32,338 bases of DNA. Origin: an uncultured Eubacteriales bacterium. GTDB taxonomy: Bacteria > Bacillota > Clostridia > Oscillospirales > Oscillospiraceae. This document shows, piece after piece, positions 16,113-24,644 of the stretch; positions within the stretch are counted from its first letter, which is position 1; every line of letters starts with the position of its first letter. The notes below the pieces were generated by a model that was not told the origin of the DNA, searched no databases, and saw only the letters and a list, made by a program, of their open reading frames with translations. The position numbers and the translations under genes were made by a program. The DNA lies in contig CAVKFX010000003.1 in the NCBI GenBank assembly GCA_963655625.1, forward strand, positions 1 to 32,338. The letters are read 5' to 3'.

Positions 16113-17675
16113 TCAGCTGGCGGAGACCCAGCTGAAGTTTCTGACCTTGTAGTAGGTGGGAACGGGGGTGCCCACATCCAGGTCATCGGCCCAGACGATG
16201 GCCACAGGACGGTTGATCAGGGGCAGGATGGTGGCGGTATCCATGATCATGGACCACAGCTCGGTGTAGTAGGTCATGCGCTCATCCTGCTTGGCAGTGC
16301 CGGCGCCCAGGGCGACCAGCTCTTCCATACGCTTCCAGTTGAACTTGTCACCGATGGTGTAGTTGATGACGTACATACCAACGGACTCGCTGTGGACCTG
16401 CTGACGGATGTTATTGAAGTCGTAGTTGCCGGAGTCGCCGTAGACGCAGATGTCATAGTCCTGAGCCTGCCACTTTTCAACGGCCATGGACACGTCCAGC
16501 ATCTCCACCTTGGCATGGATGCCGACGGCTTCTAGATCAGCCTGGAGCACCTGGGCGGTCTTGGAGTTGTGGGCGGAGCTGGTGGTCAGAATGGTGCCCA
16601 CATCCACACCGTCGGGATAGCCGGCCTCGGCCAGCAGGGACTTGGCCTTATCGGGGTTGTAGGCATAGGTCTCAAAGCCGGTGGTGGGCTGGGTGGGGCA
16701 GTACTCGGGAACCATGTAGGTATCGGTGGCCTTGCCGTAGCCCTCGGCCACAGCCAGGTTCACGTCTTCCTTGTTGATGGCGTAGAACATGGCCTTGCGG
16801 ACCAGGTCGTTATTCAGAACGGTGGCGTTCTTGCTGGCATAGTTGATGCCCATCCAGATGACGTTGTTGCCGGTGACCATGGCGCTGTGAGCGTCGCCGG
16901 CCTTCTTATACAGGGAGTCCCAATCGGACAGAGCTGCTTCCTCGTAGTAATCCAGCTCGCCGTTCTCATAGGCGATGACGGCGGCGGCGGAGTCAGCGAA
17001 CACGCGGTACTCAACCTTCTTGATGTTGGGAGCGCCCTGCCAATACTTGTCATAGGCGGACAGCTTCGCACCGGTGGAGACATCGTATTCGGTGACATAA
17101 TAGGCACCGGTGCCGGCGGTGTTGGGGATGGTGCCGAACTTATCGCCCTGCTGGGTCACTTCGTTCTCCTCCACGATCTTCACGCGGAACAGGGTGTGCG
17201 CGATGGGAGCGTAGGCATACTTCATGTGGATGACGAAGGTCTGGTCATCGGGAGCTTCCACACTGTCGATCATGGTGGTCAGGTAGGTCATGTTGGCGTT
17301 CTTGAAGGCACGCTCATAGGTGAACACGCAGTCGGAAGCGGTGAGAGCCTCGCCGTTCTGGAAGGTGATGCCGTCCTTGAGGGTGATGGTGTAGGTCATG
17401 GAGTCGTCGCTGACTTGAACGTCCTTGGCCAGCTCGTTGTAGTAGCCGCCCTCGGCTTCGTTCATGCCGTACAGACCCTCATAGATCTGGTCATAGAGCT
17501 TGATATCGTGGGTGTTATTGCTGTTTGCGGGGTCAAGGGTAGTGAATGCGGTTTCGGCTCTGAGGACCAGAGTCTTTTCGCTGGGATCGGTGTTGTCGTT
17601 GGTTTTCTTGCCGCAACCGGCCAGAAGACCCAGAGTCATGACGACTGCGAGGCAAAGCGCGATAATCTTTTTCAT
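16113..17675 (-). CDS. Family 5 (OppA/DppA) ABC substrate-binding lipoprotein
   Basis: Signal peptide II MKKIIALCLAVVMTLGLLAG-C; LDP, IYEGL, LKDGITFQNG, GTGAY, VRKAM and AKSLLAEAGY motifs. AAAGGAG SD. Confidence 0.93.
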   Translation of the reverse strand: MKKIIALCLAVVMTLGLLAGCGKKTNDNTDPSEKTLVLRAETAFTTLDPANSNNTHDIKLYDQIYEGLYGMNEAEGGYYNELAKDVQVSDDSMTYTITLKDGITFQNGEALTASDCVFTYERAFKNANMTYLTTMIDSVEAPDDQTFVIHMKYAYAPIAHTLFRVKIVEENEVTQQGDKFGTIPNTAGTGAYYVTEYDVSTGAKLSAYDKYWQGAPNIKKVEYRVFADSAAAVIAYENGELDYYEEAALSDWDSLYKKAGDAHSAMVTGNNVIWMGINYASKNATVLNNDLVRKAMFYAINKEDVNLAVAEGYGKATDTYMVPEYCPTQPTTGFETYAYNPDKAKSLLAEAGYPDGVDVGTILTTSSAHNSKTAQVLQADLEAVGIHAKVEMLDVSMAVEKWQAQDYDICVYGDSGNYDFNNIRQQVHSESVGMYVINYTIGDKFNWKRMEELVALGAGTAKQDERMTYYTELWSMIMDTATILPLINRPVAIVWADDLDVGTPVPTYYKVRNFSWVSAS

Positions 17676-17773
17676 ACTCTTACTCCTTTATTTTAGTGGG
17701 TAAGCAAACCGGTGGGCTTTCGCACACCGACCCGCTTTGCGGCAGGGCCGCCCCTTACGGGTGAAATGAGGGA

Positions 17774-18379
17774 TCAGTATTTTTTGCCTTCTTTATAGCT
17801 GGGGAGGTCTTTCTTTTTCTGGTAATTGGGCATCTTGCAGCGAAACGTACACTTGTCGTCGCCCCGGGTGAGGATCTTCTCCTGCACCACTACGGTGTCC
17901 TCGTGATAGGCGGTCCACATGGCGTGGTGGATCTCCTCGCAGTAGACCACAGCGGCATCCATCAGGTCGTACTTCTTCCACAGGTCATACATATCGCATT
18001 CGTCCAGATCGGAATAGAAGTCGTCCTTCTCAAAGATCTGGCGGCAGGTCTCCTGGTCGTCATCGCCGGGCAGGTCCGCGTAAACGTGGAGGTTCTGCAT
18101 GTTCAGCTCCAGGCCATAGTGCAGCTGGCGCTCCCGCTGGGCAGTGCCGCGGATCTTTCCAAAATCACGCAGGGCCCGGCGGACCACCTGCTCACCCTCG
18201 GCTCCGAAGGAATCGATCACGCGCTGGGCAATGAAACCATAGATGAGGGTGTAGAAATCCTTCATGACGGCGACCTCACTCTTGTTGTCGTCCATCTTGA
18301 AGTCGGGCACTTCCTTTACGTAGGCATCCTTCTGGAAGGACGCCGTATCCACTTTCTTTTCGTTGTTGTCCATCTTCAT
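17774..18379 (-). CDS. L-2-amino-thiazoline-4-carboxylate (ATC) hydrolase-family protein; true function unknown
   Basis: FG.EG...VR.A...FG..RG N-terminal pattern plus C....W, YC and L.RGD..C.F Cys motifs typical of the ATC_hydrolase/V4R-like family. AGGAAGG SD. Confidence 0.75.
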   Translation of the reverse strand: MKMDNNEKKVDTASFQKDAYVKEVPDFKMDDNKSEVAVMKDFYTLIYGFIAQRVIDSFGAEGEQVVRRALRDFGKIRGTAQRERQLHYGLELNMQNLHVYADLPGDDDQETCRQIFEKDDFYSDLDECDMYDLWKKYDLMDAAVVYCEEIHHAMWTAYHEDTVVVQEKILTRGDDKCTFRCKMPNYQKKKDLPSYKEGKKY

Positions 18380-18510
18380 CAAACCTTCCTTTCTGCGAGG
18401 GCAGAGTCCTTTTTCTCTGCGCTGCTTAACTGCTACTGTATCTTCTTTTTTGGGGCCAATTCTGACACTTGGTTAAACCGCACAAGTTTCACGGAATGGG
18501 CTGCATTCTT

Positions 18511-18538
18511 AATTGTCGATATTATATTGTCGACAATT
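18511..18538. promoter_or_regulatory. Tandem operator 1 (putative GntR/FCD site)
   Basis: aaTTGTCGATAttataTTGTCGACAAtt: two units 14 bp apart, the second a perfect palindrome, directly downstream of the promoter at 18545-18573. Confidence 0.75.
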
Positions 18539-18544
18539 TTCTTT

Positions 18545-18573
18545 AGTTTAATCATTTTTTCTACATATGTCAA
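18545..18573 (-). promoter_or_regulatory. Sigma-A promoter of the ATC-opp-pepD-amidohydrolase operon
   Basis: Minus strand TTGACA-17 bp-TAAACT. Confidence 0.75.
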
Positions 18574-19016
18574 TCTTTTATTTGCTGAATAATTTTTCTA
18601 ATTTTTGTGTATTTCGCTGATTTTAAGAGTGGTTATAGTTGTCTAACTTGTAATGATATAATTTTTGATTTAGACGTTTTTTGCTTGAATAATTTGAATT
18701 TAGCTGCTATCAAATACAATATTCTGATATTTACACAGTATTAAATCGAAGATTTCGATGGGACGGATTTTCCGGTTTTCAAATAAACCGGAGCAATTAA
18801 TGTTTAAAATCGATACTTCTGCATATAACGTTTTTTTTAATATTTCCATGCATTTTCTTAATGGAAATTACATCTTGGGTGGTGTGCAGGAGCGCTTATC
18901 CTTCCGAGCTTATGGCATGGAGACAAGCAGAATTACGGCAATAAGGGCGGAAGGGGGGCTGCTTTCTCACATAATACAAAGAATCTCGGCCAAAGGCGGG
19001 GAAAACAGACGAAAAT

Positions 19017-19062
19017 TGACCCGGCGGGATCTTCGGAAGCTGCCGAAGATCCCGCCGGGTCA
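19017..19062 (-). terminator. Intrinsic terminator of the oxidoreductase-ligase-aminotransferase-racemase operon
   Basis: Perfect 20-bp inverted repeat TGACCCGGCGGGATCTTCGG-aagctg-CCGAAGATCCCGCCGGGTCA, followed on the minus strand by ATTTT; 35 bp past the racemase stop. Confidence 0.8.
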
Positions 19063-19097
19063 CAAAGGAAGAGGAAGAGGAAGTATATAGCGAAAAT

Positions 19098-19799
19098 TCA
19101 GTCCAGCACAGTGCCGCCGGCGAAGCGGATGGCTCCTTTGGCAAGCTCCAGTGTGGGGTCGATGGCCGGGAAGGTCAGGTGATACAGTTCCATGGCCGGG
19201 GGAAGCTCGGTGCATCCCAGCACCATGGTTTCGGCGCCTTGCTGCTGCAGACGAGCGGCAGCGGCCTCTACAGCGGCGGTGTCATAGACAGTGGCGCCGG
19301 CCTTTACGCCGCGATAGATCATGTCCATGACGGCCTGCTGGCCCGCTTCGTCCGGGGTGAGCAGAGTGATGCCGAATTTTTCGGCCACGGCGGCGTAGAC
19401 ACCGGTCTGCACAGTGCCGTTGGTGGCCAAAAGGCCCGCCTTGCGGATGCCCCGGCGCTGCATCTCCTGACAGGTCAGCTCCAGCATATTCAGCAGAGGA
19501 ATATGCACGGAGGACTGCACCTGGGCATGGAAGCAGTGGGCTGTATTGCAGGGCATAATGAGACAGTCGGCCCCGTCAAACTCCAGCATCCGGGCGCTTT
19601 TCTGCATCTGGGGCAGGGGATCCTCCCCGCCCCGGAGCAGGGCGGCGGTGCGGTCGGGAATGGCGGTGTTGTTATCGATGATCACGTGCAGATGGTCCTG
19701 GTCGCAGGCGGCCCGGGTATGGGTGACGATCTTGCGGAACAGGTCCGCCGTGGCCAAAGGGCCCATGCCGCCGATGATGCCGATGGTTTTCTTGTTCAT
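19098..19799 (-). CDS. PLP-independent aspartate racemase-family protein (Asp/cysteate racemase clade)
   Basis: IGIIGGMGPLAT, DQDH, IPDRT, PCNTAH, LATNGT, IY.GVKAG and GCTEL; both catalytic Cys present. GGAGG SD. Confidence 0.9.
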   Translation of the reverse strand: MNKKTIGIIGGMGPLATADLFRKIVTHTRAACDQDHLHVIIDNNTAIPDRTAALLRGGEDPLPQMQKSARMLEFDGADCLIMPCNTAHCFHAQVQSSVHIPLLNMLELTCQEMQRRGIRKAGLLATNGTVQTGVYAAVAEKFGITLLTPDEAGQQAVMDMIYRGVKAGATVYDTAAVEAAAARLQQQGAETMVLGCTELPPAMELYHLTFPAIDPTLELAKGAIRFAGGTVLD

Positions 19800-19819
19800 A
19801 GGCATGCCTCCCCGAAGGC

Positions 19820-21004
19820 TCAGTGGAGAGCGGCCAGGGCCTGGGCGATGCGGTCAAAGCCCCGCCGGATCTCGGACATGGAATTGGTATAGGCGATGCG
19901 GATGGCACCGGGGGCCATGAAGGCGCCGCCGGGCACCACGGCCACATGGTACTGCTGCAGCAGATACTCACTCATGGTAAAGGAATCGGTGATGACGTGG
20001 GTGCCGTCGGTCTTGCCATAGTACCAGCTGACATCCGGCATCAGGTAAAAGGCGCCGTCGGGCTTGGTGCAGGTGACGTGGGGCAGTCCGCAGGCCCGCT
20101 CATAGGCGTAGTCGCGCCGGGCCACAAACTCGGAGACCATCTCCCTTACACCTTCCTCGCCGTGCTCCAGGGCCTCCAGGGCGGCCCACTGCACAAAGGT
20201 GGTGCTGTTGGAGGTGACGTGGCTCTGCAGGGCGCTGATGCCCTTGGCCAGGGCCAGGGGAGCGGCAGAGTAGCCGATGCGCCAGCCGGTCATGCGGTAG
20301 GCCTTGGACATGCCGTTGATGACGATGGTGCGCTGATAGATCTCCGGGGACAGGGAGGCGATGGAGATATGGCGGGCATCGCCGTAGAGGAGCTTTTCAT
20401 AGATCTCGTCGGCGATGACGTACAGGTCCTTCTCCACAGCCAGCTGAGCGATAGCCTGGAGGCTCTCCAGGCCGTACACGGCGCCTGTGGGGTTATTGGG
20501 GGAGTTGATGATGATGGCGGCGGTCTTATCGGTGACGGCCCGACGGATGGCGTCCAGGTCCAGCTGGAGATCCGGGGTGCAGGGAACGCACACGGGCACG
20601 CCGCCCACCAGCTTGACCATCTCCACATAGCTGACCCAGCCCGGAGTGGGGATGATGACCTCGTCGCCGGGGTTGGTCACGGCCATGACGGCATTGAACA
20701 GGGCCTGCTTGGCGCCGGTGGAGACGCAGATCTGCTCCGGGGTATAGGTCAGGCCGTTGTCCCGCTGCAGCTTGGCGCAGATAGCCTGGCGCAGCTCGGG
20801 GATGCCGGCGGTGGCTACATAGGTGGTTTTGCGGGCGTCCAGGGCGTCCTTGCAGGCGTCGCAGATGGGCTCGGGGGTCTTAAAATCCGGCTCGCCGATA
20901 TTCAGGGCCACCACGTCGATGCCCTCTTTTTTCATGCTGCCGATGAGTCCCTCCAGCTCACAGGTGGCGGAGGGCGTAATATTGCCGACAATTTTACTGA
21001 TCAC
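19820..21004 (-). CDS. Class I PLP aminotransferase (AspC/aspartate aminotransferase-like)
   Basis: GEPDF, GAKQAL, NSPNNPTG, DEIY, SKAYRMTGWRIG (PLP Lys), GAFY and IRIAY. AAGGAGG SD precedes GTG 21004. Confidence 0.92.
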   Translation of the reverse strand: MISKIVGNITPSATCELEGLIGSMKKEGIDVVALNIGEPDFKTPEPICDACKDALDARKTTYVATAGIPELRQAICAKLQRDNGLTYTPEQICVSTGAKQALFNAVMAVTNPGDEVIIPTPGWVSYVEMVKLVGGVPVCVPCTPDLQLDLDAIRRAVTDKTAAIIINSPNNPTGAVYGLESLQAIAQLAVEKDLYVIADEIYEKLLYGDARHISIASLSPEIYQRTIVINGMSKAYRMTGWRIGYSAAPLALAKGISALQSHVTSNSTTFVQWAALEALEHGEEGVREMVSEFVARRDYAYERACGLPHVTCTKPDGAFYLMPDVSWYYGKTDGTHVITDSFTMSEYLLQQYHVAVVPGGAFMAPGAIRIAYTNSMSEIRRGFDRIAQALAALH

Positions 21005-21032
21005 AGGGGCCTCCTTACTCAAATAAAACGGA

Positions 21033-21230
21033 TCATTCCACGTAAATGGCGAAGTCGGGGCACATTTTCTCACATTTCTTGCACTTGACGCACTGGTCCT
21101 CCCGGACGGCGGCGGCATAGTTATAGCCCTTCTTATTCACGTGATGGGTGATTTCAAACACTTGCTTGGGACACAGAGTGACACACATGCTGCAGCTCTT
21201 GCACAGCTCCTGGTCGATATATACGGACAT
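21033..21230 (-). CDS. 2[4Fe-4S] ferredoxin / 2-oxoacid oxidoreductase delta subunit
   Basis: CKSCSMCVTLCP and CVKCKKCEKMCPDFAI motifs; NKKGY linker typical of KorD-like subunits. Confidence 0.92.
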   Translation of the reverse strand: MSVYIDQELCKSCSMCVTLCPKQVFEITHHVNKKGYNYAAAVREDQCVKCKKCEKMCPDFAIYVE

Positions 21231-21233
21231 GGA

Positions 21234-22112
21234 TCAGCCCTCCTTATTCAGTAACAAACGGACCTGCTCCGCCAGCTGGGTGGGGCTGGTCACTACATGC
21301 ACACCTGCGCTCTGCAGGGCCGCAATCTTGGTGGCGGCGGTGCCTACATTACCGCTGACGATGGCACCGGCGTGGCCCAAGCTCTTGCCGGTGGGGGCAT
21401 TGCGCCCCACGATGAGAGACACCACGGGCTTGGTGACATGGTCGCGGATATACGCGGCGGCTGCCTCCTCGGATCCGCCGCCGATCTCACCCAGCAGCAC
21501 GATGACCTGGGTATCCGGGTCCTGCTGGTACAGGGCGATGGCGTCCTTCTGGGTGAAGCCCCACATGGGGCCGCCGCCGATGGCGACGACGCCGGACTGG
21601 CCGATGCCCCGGTCGGTGAGGGTCTTGCCGATCTCATAGGAGAGGGCGCCGCTCTTGGAAACGATGCCCACATGGCCCTTTTGGAAGAAGCGGACCGGGT
21701 GGGCGCCTACCTTGCACACGCCCGGGGCGATGACGCCGGCGCAGCCGGGGCCCACCAGGATGGTGCCGTGGGCCTTGGCATAGGAGATGATCTCCACCAC
21801 GTCGTGCAGGGCAATTTCCTCCGTGGTGAGGACCAGGAGGCGGATGCCGGCGTCGATGGCTTCAAAGCAGGAGTCCTTGGCCACCCGGGGCGGGACGAAG
21901 CAGATGACAGCGTCAAAATCGTGGGCGCGCTTGGCCTCGGCCACGTAGTTATACACGGGGATGCCGCAGACCTCCTGGCCGCCCTTGCCGGGGGTGACGC
22001 CGGCGACGATGTTGGTGCCGGCGTCCAGCATGGCCTTGGCCTGCAGGGAGCCGGATTTGCCGGTGATACCCTGGACCATGACCCGGGTATTTTTATCAAT
22101 GAGGATAGACAT
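21234..22112 (-). CDS. sucD: Succinyl-CoA synthetase-like ADP-forming acyl-CoA ligase, alpha subunit
   Basis: VQGITG, GVTPGKGG, VSKSGALSYE, GEIGG and GHAGA (phospho-His) motifs. Substrate not established. Confidence 0.88.
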   Translation of the reverse strand: MSILIDKNTRVMVQGITGKSGSLQAKAMLDAGTNIVAGVTPGKGGQEVCGIPVYNYVAEAKRAHDFDAVICFVPPRVAKDSCFEAIDAGIRLLVLTTEEIALHDVVEIISYAKAHGTILVGPGCAGVIAPGVCKVGAHPVRFFQKGHVGIVSKSGALSYEIGKTLTDRGIGQSGVVAIGGGPMWGFTQKDAIALYQQDPDTQVIVLLGEIGGGSEEAAAAYIRDHVTKPVVSLIVGRNAPTGKSLGHAGAIVSGNVGTAATKIAALQSAGVHVVTSPTQLAEQVRLLLNKEG

Positions 22113-22115
22113 GCT

Positions 22116-23237
22116 TCAGCCCTCCTTTACAGCGGCGGCCACGGCGGCCACGGTTTCCGTGAGATCGTCAAAGGTGGTCATGCCGTGCTCGTGCATGATA
22201 CGGATGCCCTCCTCCTGCATGGTGCCGCACATCCGGCAGAATACCGGCACGGTGACGTTGTGCTCCCGACAGTAGTCGGTGAGGCCCTTGGCCATGTTAT
22301 CCATGCGGTTGAAACCGCCGATGAGCACCACGATCACGGCGGAGATGTCCGGGTGGTTCTGCAGGGTCAGCTCCATGGCCCGGTACATGACCTCCGGAGT
22401 GGTCATGCCGCCCAGCTCGCAGAAGCTGGAAACGGAGAGACCGGCGTCATGCAGCAGGTCCAGGGTCAGCATGCCGGTGCCGGCGCCGTCGGAGATCATG
22501 GCCACATTGCCCTCCAGGGGGACATAGGTGATGGTGGTGGCCTCCTTTTCGGGGGCGGCGTAGCGGTACAGACTGCTGCGGGCTTCCTCCAGCCGCCGGC
22601 AAAGGTCCGCGGCGGAGGCGGCGTGGTCGTCCAGAACGAACTTGGAGTCCATGGCGATGAGGCGGCCGTCCACCAGGCCCAGGGGGTTGATCTCCACCAG
22701 CAGGGCACCGGTGGTGAAAAAGGCGGTCTGGAGCTTATCCAGCAGGGCGTACACATCGGCCTTGTCCGCCGCCTGCAGGGTCTGGGCGATCTGGCGCTTC
22801 TGGTAGTCCTTGAGGCCCGTGAAGGGGTCGATCTCCAGCTTCAGGATCTCCTCCGGGTGCTCCCGGGAGACCTGCTCAATGTCCATGCCGCCCATGGCGC
22901 TGACGATCAGCGTGGGGGTGGAGACGCCCTGAAGGGTGATGGAGAGATAGAACTCCCGCTGAGGCTTTAGCATCTCCTCGGCCAGCAGGCCGTGGACGGG
23001 ATGGCCCTTGATGGTCATGTGCAGGATATCCCGGGCATAGCGGGTATACTCGTCTTCCGTGCGGCAGACCTTTACGCCGCCGGCCTTGCCGCGGCCGCCG
23101 GTCATGACCTGGGCCTTCAGCACGAAGGGGAGGTCCATGGGGGCGGGGGCGTCTGCGGAGGTGAGCAGATGGCTCTGGGGGACGGGAATATCGAACCGGC
23201 CCATGAGCTGCTTGCCTTCATATTCAAATAAATTCAT
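22116..23237 (-). CDS. sucC: Succinyl-CoA synthetase-like ADP-forming acyl-CoA ligase, beta (ATP-grasp) subunit
   Basis: MNLFEYEGK, KAQVMTGGRGKAGGV, GGMDIE and EINPL motifs. The C-terminal acid-binding motifs diverge. Confidence 0.88.
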   Translation of the reverse strand: MNLFEYEGKQLMGRFDIPVPQSHLLTSADAPAPMDLPFVLKAQVMTGGRGKAGGVKVCRTEDEYTRYARDILHMTIKGHPVHGLLAEEMLKPQREFYLSITLQGVSTPTLIVSAMGGMDIEQVSREHPEEILKLEIDPFTGLKDYQKRQIAQTLQAADKADVYALLDKLQTAFFTTGALLVEINPLGLVDGRLIAMDSKFVLDDHAASAADLCRRLEEARSSLYRYAAPEKEATTITYVPLEGNVAMISDGAGTGMLTLDLLHDAGLSVSSFCELGGMTTPEVMYRAMELTLQNHPDISAVIVVLIGGFNRMDNMAKGLTDYCREHNVTVPVFCRMCGTMQEEGIRIMHEHGMTTFDDLTETVAAVAAAVKEG

Positions 23238-23255
23238 ATGTCACCGCCTTATCCG

Positions 23256-23816
23256 TTACCCGTGATAGTACAGGTCATTGTCCTTGGCGTAGGCGATACC
23301 GGCCTTGGCGGCCTTGAGGTTCAGCTCTACGAAGCGGGGGTTGACCTGGGTGCGGATCACGTCCATCAGGTCCTCCTCCTTCAGCATGCCGAGACACTCG
23401 GACAGGAAGCCCAGCACCACCATGTTGGCGGCCATACGGTTGCCCAGGTCCACGGCAATCTGGGTGGCGGGGACGGCAAAGGTATGGGCGATGGGACGGG
23501 TCAAATTGGTGACCAGCTGGGGGTCGATGACCAGGACGCCGTCTTCCTCCAGGGTGGGGATGTACTTTTCATAGGCGCTCTGGAACAGGGCCACCAGCAG
23601 GTTCTTCTCCTGGGCTACCGGGGAATTGATGGGGGTCTTGTCGATAATCAGCTCGGCCTGGCACTGGCCGCCCCGGGCCTCGGAGCCGTAGGACTGGGTC
23701 TGCACGGCGTACAGGCCGCCCTTGGTCACGGCGGCGGTGCCCAGCATCACGGCGGTGAGGATGATACCCTGGCCGCCGAAGCCGCACAATGTGATCTTCT
23801 GAGGATATTGCAGCAT
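23256..23816 (-). CDS. 2-oxoacid:ferredoxin oxidoreductase gamma subunit
   Basis: GFGGQG, QTQSYGSEARGG, ANMVVLG and NLKA motifs. Confidence 0.92.
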   Translation of the reverse strand: MLQYPQKITLCGFGGQGIILTAVMLGTAAVTKGGLYAVQTQSYGSEARGGQCQAELIIDKTPINSPVAQEKNLLVALFQSAYEKYIPTLEEDGVLVIDPQLVTNLTRPIAHTFAVPATQIAVDLGNRMAANMVVLGFLSECLGMLKEEDLMDVIRTQVNPRFVELNLKAAKAGIAYAKDNDLYYHG

Positions 23817-23830
23817 ATCTCGTTCCTCCC

Positions 23831-24643
23831 TTATAACGGCATGTTGGTGCCGGCGTAGATGGGCTTATCCACACAGAGGAAGTTGCCCAGGGCCAGCTTG
23901 CCTTCTTTTTCTTCGTCGGTCATCTGCGCGCCCTTGGCCTGGGGGTAGGTGACGCTCTGGATATACTCCGCCACCTTCATGGGGTCACCGGTCTTCAGAG
24001 CGTAGCGGCCATAGTGGGTGGGGCACTGGGAGACGATCTCGATGAGGGAGAAGCCCTTGTGCTGCAGGGCGCGCTCCATGGCCTGCTTGCACTGCAGGGG
24101 CTGCATGGTGGTCCAGCGCTCCACGTGGGTGGCGCCGGCGGCCAGGGCCAGCTTGCACACGTCGAACCGGGGCTCGCCGCTGCCGTAGGGGGTGGTCATG
24201 GTGCGGGACTCCTCCGGAGTGGTGGGCGCCACCTGGCCGCCGGTCATGGCGAAGTTCATGTTGTTCACCATGACTACGGTCACGTCCAGGTTGCGGCGGC
24301 AGGACTGGATCATGTGGTTGCCGCCGATGGAGACCAGGTCGCCGTCACCGGCAAAGATCACCACGGGCAGCTCCGGGCGCATCATCTTTACGCCGGTGGC
24401 CCAGGCCAGGGTGCGGCCGTGGACGCCGTGGAACATGTCGGTCTTGATATAGATGGGGATGCGGGCCGTGCAGCCCACGCCGCCGATGTGCAGCATCTGC
24501 TCGGGGTCCATGTGCAGCTCATCCAGGGCCTGGATGTAATAGTTCAGCACCTGGCCGCAGCCGCAGCCGGCGCAGAAGAAGTGAGGAAGCTTTTCCTTGC
24601 GCAGATATTTCCGCAGGGGGTTGATCTTCAGCTGGTCTGCCAT
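23831..24643 (-). CDS. 2-oxoacid:ferredoxin oxidoreductase beta (TPP/Fe-S) subunit
   Basis: FCAGCG, GVGC, HGR, GDGD..IGGNH, NN..FAMTGGQVAPT and CP motifs. Confidence 0.93.
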   Translation of the reverse strand: MADQLKINPLRKYLRKEKLPHFFCAGCGCGQVLNYYIQALDELHMDPEQMLHIGGVGCTARIPIYIKTDMFHGVHGRTLAWATGVKMMRPELPVVIFAGDGDLVSIGGNHMIQSCRRNLDVTVVMVNNMNFAMTGGQVAPTTPEESRTMTTPYGSGEPRFDVCKLALAAGATHVERWTTMQPLQCKQAMERALQHKGFSLIEIVSQCPTHYGRYALKTGDPMKVAEYIQSVTYPQAKGAQMTDEEKEGKLALGNFLCVDKPIYAGTNMPL

Positions 24644-24644
24644 G

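Noticed and set aside
19017..19062. Perfect 20-bp inverted repeat as a MITE, REP or CRISPR repeat
   Set aside because: Single copy in the window, positioned just after an operon's last stop codon; a terminator explains it. No repeat-spacer array was seen anywhere.
18758..19090. 110-aa ORF (and 18896..19144 on the minus strand) in the spacer
   Set aside because: No SD, atypical codon usage, and both run through the 20-bp terminator hairpin.
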